A stretch of 63,992 nucleotides of DNA, counting the filler. It is 7 parts of 7 records of this genome, joined end to end, with 100 filler letters (N's around TTAATTAATTAA, not from the genome) between each part and the next. Parts side by side here need not be neighbours in the genome. Positions count along the whole stretch, not along the records: positions 1 to 8,087 come from DRR723986_43499; positions 8,188 to 13,986 come from DRR723986_43557; 5 more parts are not named here. The stretch is one strand, 5' to 3'. Positions 1-8,466 of the stretch are shown here, piece after piece; the stretch's first letter is position 1, and every line of letters begins with the position of its first letter. The notes below the pieces were generated by a model, which was given only the letters and a program-made list of their open reading frames with translations, had not been told where the DNA came from and searched no databases. The translations under genes were made by a program, and so were the position numbers.

Positions 1-210
1 GGCACACCTTTGGATGCAGTACTCGGCCCATTGGCTGATGCGGCAGGTGGTGGCGGTGGTGATTCAACTGGCGGAACAACAGGTACACCGCTGGATGCAG
101 CGCTTGATCCTTTGTTGGGTATGGCAGCCGATTCACCTTTGGCACCGATCACCAGCATGCTGGACCCGGCGATTATTACCGATGCAATCAGCGGTGGTTT
201 GCCGGTTTAA
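1..210 (+). CDS. C-terminal fragment of a low-complexity Gly/Thr/Ala/Pro/Leu-rich repeat protein (5' end outside the window)
   Basis: Frame 1 is open from base 1: GTPLDAVLGPLADAAGGGGGDSTGGTTGTPLDAALDPLLG...GGLPV*. The GTPLDA motif is repeated and a strong hairpin follows the stop. Confidence 0.7.
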   Translation, partial: GTPLDAVLGPLADAAGGGGGDSTGGTTGTPLDAALDPLLGMAADSPLAPITSMLDPAIITDAISGGLPV

Positions 211-258
211 TCAAACACTTTGCAGTGAATTCGCCTTTCTAGCGGGAGGCAAAACGTG

Positions 259-295
259 ACAAAATCGGGCAAGTCTAACTTGCCCGATTTTGTTT
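259..295 (+). terminator. Intrinsic terminator-like hairpin
   Basis: Perfect 16-bp inverted repeat ACAAAATCGGGCAAGT-cta-ACTTGCCCGATTTTGT with T-rich 3' side, downstream of the stop at 210. Confidence 0.7.
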
Positions 296-1306
296 ATGGA
301 TTTGATTAACGCCAAAGGTGTACCCACTTGGGGGCGAATGTCCGCCTTGCCCAGCCAAATCAATTGGCAGCAGTATGATGCGCGCAATGCCATGGGTGCA
401 AAACGCATGGCTTGGCAACGGCGTTTTCTGTTCAAGCACTTTGATTTTTATGGTGTACTGGGCCAAGGGTTTACGTTTGGCTGCGGCATGGTTCGCCTTG
501 GCCTGCTGAATTCAACATTTGCTTACCTTCATACCGCACAGGGTTTGTATCGAATTCAATTTGATTTGCCTTTGGATGTGGGCTTTCAAAGCGACTACAA
601 GCCAATTGGTCAAAGCACCTGGACTCACCCATTCAAGAAACATCACCAGGTGTTGGCTGTGCGTATGGAAACATCACGTTCGTTGAACTTCCGTTTGGGT
701 GATTCATTTCACGGCCAAGTCTCCATTGATTGTCGTGAATCCGAAACCCTCGCTCTCAATACGCCTGTTGCCAACACAGGTTTCGCCTATGCACAGAAGA
801 GCAGTGGCGGGGCTGTTACCGGCCATGTGCATTTGAACGGCATTGATTATTTGATCAATCCAGAGAAGGACGGTTGTTACCATGATTGGACCGCCGGTTT
901 TTTGCGACGCGAAACCTTCTGGAATTGGGCATGTGCCAGTGGCCGTACTGCGCCTGGTCAGCCCTTGCTTTCATTGAACGTGGCACGTGGGGTGAATGAA
1001 ACCAGTGCGCATGAGAACGTACTTTGGGTCAATGGTCAATTGAATAACCTGCCGCTGGTTCTTTTTGAGTATGAGCGTGATAATGTTCATGCACCCTGGC
1101 GAGTGTACTCGCAGTGCGGCTCTGTCGATTTGCAATTCACACCCCAAGGCAGTATCGACGACCACCGAAACCTGTTGGTGTTGGCCAGTCGGTTCAATCA
1201 GTGTTTTGGTGAGTTCAGTGGCACCGTTACCCTGAAAGAGACGGGTGCCACCTACTCACTAGATGGTTTGAAGGGGTGGTGCGAGGACCATTACGCCAAG
1301 TGGTAG
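296..1306 (+). CDS. DUF2804 family protein
   Basis: About 336 aa. Motifs DWTAGFLRRETFWNWA, NETSAHENVLW, DLQFTP and ASRFNQCFGEFSG, with the C-terminal EDHYAKW typical of DUF2804. Start uncertain (TTG 290 or ATG 296). Confidence 0.8.
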   Translation: MDLINAKGVPTWGRMSALPSQINWQQYDARNAMGAKRMAWQRRFLFKHFDFYGVLGQGFTFGCGMVRLGLLNSTFAYLHTAQGLYRIQFDLPLDVGFQSDYKPIGQSTWTHPFKKHHQVLAVRMETSRSLNFRLGDSFHGQVSIDCRESETLALNTPVANTGFAYAQKSSGGAVTGHVHLNGIDYLINPEKDGCYHDWTAGFLRRETFWNWACASGRTAPGQPLLSLNVARGVNETSAHENVLWVNGQLNNLPLVLFEYERDNVHAPWRVYSQCGSVDLQFTPQGSIDDHRNLLVLASRFNQCFGEFSGTVTLKETGATYSLDGLKGWCEDHYAKW

Positions 1307-1309
1307 TGC

Positions 1310-1474
1310 TTACACCTCAACCATTTCGAAATCGCTCTTAGCCACGCCACAGTCTGGACAAAGCCAGTCTGCTGGTACATCGGCCCAAAGTGTCCCGGCG
1401 GGAATGCCCTCTGAAGGCATTCCGGCAGCCTCGTCATAAATCAGGCCGCAAACGATACAAACATAAGTTTTCAT
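1310..1474 (-). CDS. rubA: Rubredoxin
   Basis: 54 aa [18 protein letters not shown]...[14 protein letters not shown] with two CxxCG motifs. GGAG SD upstream of ATG 1474. Confidence 0.95.
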   Translation of the reverse strand: MKTYVCIVCGLIYDEAAGMPSEGIPAGTLWADVPADWLCPDCGVAKSDFEMVEV

Positions 1475-1722
1475 TTCAAGATCTCCAACAACATTTGAAT
1501 TTTTGTGCAGCAATGCTATCAAGTTGTGTGAAAAAAAGTTGGTACGACGCTCAAGTCATAGAAAATGGCGATGACTTGAGGGTAATTAATAGATTTAGGG
1601 TAAACGACAATCATTAGAACGCAAGGCTTTCTGTTGGGTGTAAGCCTGCTGTGTGAAAAACAGGCTAGACTCACGCCTATATAAACAAAGACCATACCAG
1701 ACAAGATTTGAGGAGAGTGTGT

Positions 1723-2814
1723 ATGTCAGTGAGTACCGACACCGTACGCGAGGCATTGCGTAGTGTCATTGACCCCAATTTGAACAAAGACTTCATCAGC
1801 GCCAAACTGATCAAGAATATTCAAGTAGACGGCGGCGATGTCAGTTTTGATTTGGAGTTGAGCTATCCGGGTAAAAGCCAGCTGGATGGTTTGCGCAAAG
1901 CGGCCATCGCGGCAGTGCGTTCACAGGTTCAAGGCGTTGAAAACGTCAGTGTTAACGCCACCATCAAAATTCAAACCCACGCCGTGCAGCGTGGCTTAAA
2001 GCCGATGCCCAACGTCAAGAACATCATTGCAGTTGCCTCTGGCAAAGGTGGTGTGGGCAAAAGTACCACCGCTGTGAACCTGGCCCTGGCACTTGTCGCG
2101 GAGGGTGCACGCGTGGGCATGCTGGACGCGGATATTTACGGACCTTCGCAGCCCACCATGCTGGGCATTACCGGGCGACCACAATCGGACGACGGTCAAA
2201 TTATCGATCCGATGGAAGGGCATGGCGTGCAAGCCATGTCGATCGGCTTTCTGATCGACGAAGACACGCCCATGGTGTGGCGCGGTCCCATGGTAACCAG
2301 CGCACTTGAACAGTTGTTGAAGCAAACTAACTGGAAAGACCTGGACTACTTGATTGTGGACATGCCACCTGGCACCGGCGATATTCAGCTGACACTGTCA
2401 CAGAAAGTGCCAGTAACTGGCGCAGTCATCGTGACCACCCCGCAAGACATCGCTTTGCTCGATGCACGCAAAGGCCTGAAAATGTTCGAGAAAGTGGGTG
2501 TACCCATTCTTGGCTTGGTTGAAAACATGGCTATTCATGTGTGCACAAACTGTGGTCACAAAGAACACATCTTTGGTGACGGTGGAGGCCAGAAAATGGC
2601 CAAGGATTACAACATTCATTACCTGGGTGGCTTGCCGCTCGACATGCGGATTCGCATGCAGGCGGATTCTGGCAAGCCCACCGTGGTGGCCGATCCTGAT
2701 GGCGATTTGGCGAAAACATACAAGGAAATTGCACGCAAAGTGGCCATCCGCATTGCTGAACAGTCGAAAGACATGTCCTTGAAGTTTCCCTCCATTGTGG
2801 TGCAGAACACTTAA
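1723..2814 (+). CDS. apbC: Mrp/ApbC/NBP35 iron-sulfur cluster carrier ATPase
   Basis: N-terminal DUF59-like domain, deviant Walker A SGKGGVGKST, DADIYGPS, WRGPM, DMPPGTGD, ENM...CxxC. AGGAG SD before ATG 1723. Confidence 0.95.
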   Translation: MSVSTDTVREALRSVIDPNLNKDFISAKLIKNIQVDGGDVSFDLELSYPGKSQLDGLRKAAIAAVRSQVQGVENVSVNATIKIQTHAVQRGLKPMPNVKNIIAVASGKGGVGKSTTAVNLALALVAEGARVGMLDADIYGPSQPTMLGITGRPQSDDGQIIDPMEGHGVQAMSIGFLIDEDTPMVWRGPMVTSALEQLLKQTNWKDLDYLIVDMPPGTGDIQLTLSQKVPVTGAVIVTTPQDIALLDARKGLKMFEKVGVPILGLVENMAIHVCTNCGHKEHIFGDGGGQKMAKDYNIHYLGGLPLDMRIRMQADSGKPTVVADPDGDLAKTYKEIARKVAIRIAEQSKDMSLKFPSIVVQNT

Positions 2815-2816
2815 AT

Positions 2817-3851
2817 TTGTTTTCTCAAGGCGCCTCGGGGGTTCTTGTGCCTAAAGATGAACTGACCTTTCACAAAGTGGCCAGCCCGCCGCCGAAGGCG
2901 GGGTTGGCAGGCGTGTGGTCGGTTCCGCCATTGGAATTGGATTTAGGCGGAAACCTGGCTGTATGGGCGGAGCAGGGCTTGGCTCAACCCCTCGCCAGCA
3001 ATGCACGTCAGCTTCCTTGGCTTGTTCTCCACGGTGGTCCCGGTGGAAGCCTGGGGGCCTCTCACGTGGCGCCCATTCGATATGCAGGTCTGCCTTGGTT
3101 CGGGTTTGATCAGCGCAACAGCGGTCTGAGCGAAGATCTGGATCTGAGTGTGATCGACTTGCAGCGTTTCGTCGATGATGCGCTCGAGGTTGCCGATCGA
3201 CTGAATATTCCAAAATTTCACATTCTGGGGGGGTCTTGGGGTGGCACTCTGGCTTTGGCGATAGCTGCGTACCGGCCAGAGCAAGTTGCCAGCGTAGTGC
3301 TGCGCGCCCCGTTTTTGCCCATGCGCCCTCGTGTAGACGCTTTTTTTGAGTCGCTGGAACGTATAGCCCCCGATTATTTTGCGGAATATTTCGGTCCCGG
3401 TGCCCGAACGGATTTTGTTTGCGAATGCTTTGAGGTTGCCACTCCAGAGCATCTTTTGGAGTTATCGGTGGCTTGGAACAAACTGGAGAATGCCTTACTG
3501 ACTGGCAAGGCCGGGAGTTTTGATCGCAAGCGACCTTTTCTAAGTGATGTCCAAGAGCTCGCATTGGTGCGAAAGTACCGACTGCAAGCTCACTTCTTGA
3601 GGCACGACTGCTTTCTTTCTCCACATGATCTGAATTCCCTTTTCTCGAGCATCGCTCAAGCCGAATGGCCTTTGTCGATCATTCAAGGGCTAAACGACCG
3701 TGTTTGTCCTCCAGGTGGTTCAAGGCTGCTTTCTGAAATTATTCTGCGGTCGACTTTGATCGAGCTTCCTGATACCGGACACCTCGCGGAATCCGGCGGC
3801 ATGCTCACCGCCATTTCGCAGGAAGTGTCCCGTCATCATTTGCTGGTCTGA
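2817..3851 (+). CDS. Alpha/beta hydrolase, proline iminopeptidase-like (peptidase S33), divergent
   Basis: HGGPGG oxyanion motif, FDQRNSG, GGSWGG nucleophile elbow, QGLNDRVCP (Asp) and TGH (His). TTG start uncertain. Confidence 0.85.
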   Translation: MFSQGASGVLVPKDELTFHKVASPPPKAGLAGVWSVPPLELDLGGNLAVWAEQGLAQPLASNARQLPWLVLHGGPGGSLGASHVAPIRYAGLPWFGFDQRNSGLSEDLDLSVIDLQRFVDDALEVADRLNIPKFHILGGSWGGTLALAIAAYRPEQVASVVLRAPFLPMRPRVDAFFESLERIAPDYFAEYFGPGARTDFVCECFEVATPEHLLELSVAWNKLENALLTGKAGSFDRKRPFLSDVQELALVRKYRLQAHFLRHDCFLSPHDLNSLFSSIAQAEWPLSIIQGLNDRVCPPGGSRLLSEIILRSTLIELPDTGHLAESGGMLTAISQEVSRHHLLV

Positions 3852-3864
3852 AGTAAGTTAACAC

Positions 3865-3892
3865 GGAACCTTCCTGTCATCTTCTCTACTCA
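3865..3892 (+). promoter_or_regulatory. ECF-sigma (hrp-box-like) promoter candidate
   Basis: GGAACC-N15-CTACTCA ending 33 nt upstream of ATG 3926. One mismatch to the HrpL consensus GGAACC-N15/16-CCACNNA. Confidence 0.4.
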
Positions 3893-3925
3893 ATCTAGGT
3901 CAACTTGATTGAGTCGCTTTAATTC

Positions 3926-4438
3926 ATGAATAAAAATCCCTCACCTCGCTCTTCGTCGAGGGCTTCCTCTGAGCCCGTGTCCCCAACGTCTGCTGCACCG
4001 CGCCTCGAATCGGGCTTCTCCCATGTCGAAGCGAACCTCCTCCACGAGTCGATCGGTCTGGCTGGCATGCGATGGTTCGATGGGCAGGGTGTGATCATGG
4101 CCAAGAAAGAGCAGTTCGAACTGTCGTTTCGCGCGGGTGAGTCGCAAAACGCACGGTGGGTGGTCATGGCATTTCCCTTGTACAACATGAATGAACCCAG
4201 TTCGGCTGAAATATGCCTCCATTTTTTGGCTGAGGCACACGCGATGATTCATGTGCTTGATTTCCAGTATCAGGTGGGCATCAATATGGAGACGGAAAAC
4301 CTCGAGTTTTTGATGCAATTGCCTCTTGAAGGAGTCACGGGCGCGCAATTGGCCAATCTGATTCAGGTATTTTTTGATGCACTCGCCAACTCGGTCATGC
4401 AGGAATTAACCGAGATTCTCGATGGGATGAATCAGTGA
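3926..4438 (+). CDS. Hypothetical acidic protein, possible CesT/class I type III secretion chaperone fold
   Basis: 170 aa filling the gap between the hydrolase and dcd. Acidic, Ser/Pro-rich N-terminal tail, C-terminal LPLEGVTGAQLANLIQVFFDAL amphipathic helix. Confidence 0.6.
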   Translation: MNKNPSPRSSSRASSEPVSPTSAAPRLESGFSHVEANLLHESIGLAGMRWFDGQGVIMAKKEQFELSFRAGESQNARWVVMAFPLYNMNEPSSAEICLHFLAEAHAMIHVLDFQYQVGINMETENLEFLMQLPLEGVTGAQLANLIQVFFDALANSVMQELTEILDGMNQ

Positions 4439-4492
4439 TCACTTGTCTCATGTAACATTTCGCCTATTGAACTTCACTAAAGCAACGTAAGC

Positions 4493-5059
4493 ATGAGCAT
4501 TAAATCGGACAAATGGATTCGCAGGATGGCTGAAAGCACTGGGATGATTGAGCCCTTTGAGCCAGGCCAGGTTCGTTATGCAGGCGACAAAAGAATCGTG
4601 TCGTATGGCACCTCCAGCTATGGTTACGATATTCGCTGCGCAGACGAGTTCAAGATTTTTACCAACATCAACAGCACCATTGTGGATCCCAAAAATTTCG
4701 ACGAGAAAAGTTTTGTGGATTTCAAAGGTGATGTGTGCATCATCCCCCCGAATTCTTTTGCCCTGGCGCGCACCGTGGAGTATTTCCGGATCCCGCGCAA
4801 TGTACTCACCATTTGCCTGGGGAAAAGCACCTACGCCCGCTGTGGCATTATTGTCAACGTTACCCCCTTTGAGCCAGAGTGGGAGGGGTATGTAACACTG
4901 GAGTTTTCGAACACCACGCCATTGCCTGCCAAAATTTATGCGGGCGAGGGTTGTGCGCAAGTGCTTTTCTTTGAAAGCGACGAGGTGTGCGAAACGTCAT
5001 ACCGCGATCGTGGCGGCAAGTATCAGGGCCAAGTGGGCGTGACTTTGCCAAAAACCTGA
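4493..5059 (+). CDS. dcd: dCTP deaminase
   Basis: [54 protein letters not shown]. Confidence 0.97.
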   Translation: MSIKSDKWIRRMAESTGMIEPFEPGQVRYAGDKRIVSYGTSSYGYDIRCADEFKIFTNINSTIVDPKNFDEKSFVDFKGDVCIIPPNSFALARTVEYFRIPRNVLTICLGKSTYARCGIIVNVTPFEPEWEGYVTLEFSNTTPLPAKIYAGEGCAQVLFFESDEVCETSYRDRGGKYQGQVGVTLPKT

Positions 5060-6165
5060 TTTCGCACGGGCTGCTGAATATTTCCTTTCCAGTCATGGGT
5101 TAACTGAACATTCAACTTGGCCAACGTCAGCATAAGCAGTGCAACGGCACAGGCCATCGCGCCTACGGTGGAAACCCCCACCAACAGTGGTGACATTGGC
5201 ACTGAAATAGCGGCGGCCGTACCGACCGACGCTGTCATTCCCAGCCGACAGCCCAATACACTGCCAATCTTTTTTCCTAACAGCTTGTTGCCGATGGCAA
5301 CGCCGATATGCTTGTCATAAGAGACTAGCAATTTATTGATGCCCTGAAACGTACCGTAGGCCACATGCATTAGTGACCTCGTAAGCGGACCATACTGGTG
5401 AAGGTTTTGCCAAATGTAATTGCAGTTGGTCCGCCGTTTCGACACCAAATGTTGTGGCACTGAGCTTTGGCGTCTAGACATATATTTGACCCAGCGTTGA
5501 ATTACACAGTGGCGTCGGCCCTCACGTTTCCCGAATTTATTGAGTATGGCGCTGAGCAGGCGTTCTTTGCTGGCAAGCATTGTTCTGGCCACACTCAGGT
5601 AAGCGCTGGAATCAAAATGCGATTTCGTTCCCGCGTGACTCACTTCCGCTTGGATTCGTCTCGTGCCCAAGCCCGTTTTAATCATTCCCAGGGCAGCAAG
5701 GCTCAAAATTGACGAGACCCCGTACAGCGCTGCACCAGCCACTTTATGAACCGCCATGCCTGCCAAATTGAGCTGCCCCGAGATTACCCTGCCGACCCCC
5801 GAGGCGATCACCAAAGCCAAGTCTGGCTTTTCGCCGGAGGAAATGAGATTTCTTGTCAGGCGTTCAGCCAATCCCGAAATGTCGGCGATTCCCTCCGCTA
5901 TTTCCTCTGTGTATTTGGCCAGATGAATCAAAGCACGAAGACCACGACTTCTGTATTGCTCGGGTAGTACCAAAGCCCTGTCAAATTCATGCGTATGACC
6001 TGCTTTAGCCAATATCTTCGCGCGCAATTTGGCGACACGTTCAAAACCAGTGTCATAGTTGTTCACGTAGTTGTCCATTCTTTTTGTCAAGCCGCAGGCT
6101 GGGCGACAAGGCGTTGTGGATGGGGTAGATTGACCGGGCGAGGCTGATGTGGAATTGATCTGCAT
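5023..6165 (-). CDS. Hypothetical protein with a Ser/Thr/Pro-rich N-terminus and two long hydrophobic Gly/Ala-rich regions
   Basis: The only long ORF (380-401 aa) in the 1.3-kb gap between dcd and the decarboxylase. Start uncertain (6228, 6165 or 6078). Its 3' end overlaps dcd convergently by 37 nt. Confidence 0.65.
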   Translation of the reverse strand: MQINSTSASPGQSTPSTTPCRPACGLTKRMDNYVNNYDTGFERVAKLRAKILAKAGHTHEFDRALVLPEQYRSRGLRALIHLAKYTEEIAEGIADISGLAERLTRNLISSGEKPDLALVIASGVGRVISGQLNLAGMAVHKVAGAALYGVSSILSLAALGMIKTGLGTRRIQAEVSHAGTKSHFDSSAYLSVARTMLASKERLLSAILNKFGKREGRRHCVIQRWVKYMSRRQSSVPQHLVSKRRTNCNYIWQNLHQYGPLTRSLMHVAYGTFQGINKLLVSYDKHIGVAIGNKLLGKKIGSVLGCRLGMTASVGTAAAISVPMSPLLVGVSTVGAMACAVALLMLTLAKLNVQLTHDWKGNIQQPVRNQVFGKVTPTWP

Positions 6166-6344
6166 GAGGGGCAGGTGAGGAGAATAGCAAGCAGGAAAGT
6201 GGCCTATTGAACCCGGGTCAGATGACATTTCTGTGAAGTCACTACATGGAGGGATAAATGCATGACAATAGGGCTTGGAACAGGGGGCTGCGTAGTGGAT
6301 AATGCAGCCTTGTTTTGTGTTGAACCCCGATCACAGGAAGATCA

Positions 6345-8087
6345 ATGAAATTTCGTTTTCCCATAGTCATTATTGACGAAGATTTCCGCTCCGAGAACGC
6401 ATCTGGTCTCGGCATTCGCGCCCTGGCAGACGCCATCGAGAAAGAGGGCGTCGAGGTATTGGGTGTGACGAGTTATCACGATCTTTCCCAATTCGCGCAA
6501 CAGCAAAGCCGCGCAAGCGCCTTTATCCTGTCAATCGATGACGAAGAATTCGGCTTGGGCAGCAAGAAGGAAATTGAGGATGCACTGCAGAATTTGAACA
6601 ATTTTGTGCAGGAAATTCGATTCAAAAATGCAGATATTCCAATTTATCTGTATGGTGAAACCCGCACGTCTCGACATATTCCCAATGCGATCTTGAAAGA
6701 ATTGCATGGGTTTATTCACATGTTCGAAGACACACCAGAATTCGTAGCGCGCCACATCATTCGTGAGGCCAAAAGCTATCTGGACTCCTTGGCTCCTCCG
6801 TTTTTCCGCGCTTTGGTGCATTACGCGCAAGATGGATCTTATTCCTGGCACTGTCCTGGTCACTCGGGTGGTGTGGCGTTTCTAAAGAGCCCGGTGGGTC
6901 AAATGTTCCATCAGTTCTTTGGTGAAAACATGCTTCGTGCCGACGTGTGCAATGCTGTAGACGAGCTGGGTCAATTGCTGGACCACACGGGGCCAGTTGC
7001 CGCTTCCGAGCGCAATGCAGCGCGGATCTTCAATGCCGACCATTGTTTTTTTGTGACCAACGGAACCTCGACGTCCAACAAAATGGTGTGGCATGCCAAC
7101 GTTGCGCCTGGAGATATTGTGGTGGTGGACCGCAACTGTCACAAGTCGATTTTACATTCGATCACCATGACCGGTGCTATTCCCGTATTCCTGACCCCCA
7201 CGCGCAATCACTTGGGTATTATTGGTCCGATTCCGCTGGATGAATTCAAGCCCGAGAGCATTGCCAAGAAAATTGCAAACCACCCTTTTGCCAGCAAGGC
7301 CAAGAACAAGAAGCCCCGTATTTTGACGATTACGCAAAGCACTTACGATGGTGTTTTGTACAACGTGGAAATGATCAAAGAGGTGTTGGGCTCTGAAATT
7401 GATACTTTGCACTTTGATGAAGCCTGGTTGCCGCACGCCAGCTTCCACCCCATGTACAAAGACATGCATGCGATTGGTCGGGACCGCCCGCGCACCAAAG
7501 ATTCTCTGGTGTTCGCCACACAATCTACCCACAAAATGCTGGCAGGCTTGTCTCAGGCTTCACAAATTCTGGTGCAGGAAAGCGAAAACCGCAAACTTGA
7601 TCGCCATATTTTCAACGAAGCCTATTTGATGCACACATCCACCAGCCCGCAATACGCCATTATTGCAAGCTGTGACGTGGCTGCTGCGATGATGGAGCCT
7701 CCCGGCGGTACCGCTTTGGTTGAGGAAAGCATCATGGAGGCGCTTGATTTCCGTCGCGCCATGCGCAAGGTTTCTGAGGAGTTTGGCGACGACTGGTGGT
7801 TCAAGGTTTGGGGCCCTGATGTGTTGAGCGAAGAGGGCATGAGCCCGCGGGATGACTGGTTGATTCACACCACCGACACTTGGCACGGCTTTGGAAAAAT
7901 GGCCAATGGTTTTAACATGCTTGACCCAATCAAGGCGACCATTGTCAACCCAGGGTTGGATGTGAACGGTCAGTTTTCTGACGCGGGCATCCCGGCATCA
8001 ATCGTGACGAAATACCTGGCAGAGCACGGTGTTATCGTCGAAAAAACCGGCTTGTATTCGTTCTTCATCATGTTCACCATCGGCATT
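6345..8087 (+). CDS. Orn/Lys/Arg decarboxylase (PLP-dependent), truncated at the contig end
   Basis: N-terminal receiver-like wing domain, WHCPGHSGG, VTNGTSTSNK, DRNCHKS, HFDEAW and the PLP-Lys motif TQSTHKMLAGLSQAS. Confidence 0.95.
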
Positions 8088-8187
8088 NNNNNNNNNNNNN
8101 NNNNNNNNNNNNNNNNNNNNNNNNNNNNNNNTTAATTAATTAANNNNNNNNNNNNNNNNNNNNNNNNNNNNNNNNNNNNNNNNNNNN
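8088..8187. other. Artificial contig spacer
   Basis: 44 N + TTAATTAATTAA (stops in all six frames) + 44 N. Confidence 0.99.
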
Positions 8188-8188
8188 A

Positions 8189-8443
<255 letters not shown>

Positions 8444-8466
8444 TCGGTCGCGACGGAGGTATTTAA

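Noticed and set aside
2851..3624. 257-aa minus-strand ORF within the hydrolase gene
   Set aside because: It overlaps a gene with clear catalytic motifs, and its composition is not protein-like.
8132..8143. Recurring palindromic TTAATTAATTAA as a biological repeat or CRISPR-like element
   Set aside because: It is always centred in 44+44 Ns. It is an artificial six-frame-stop linker.
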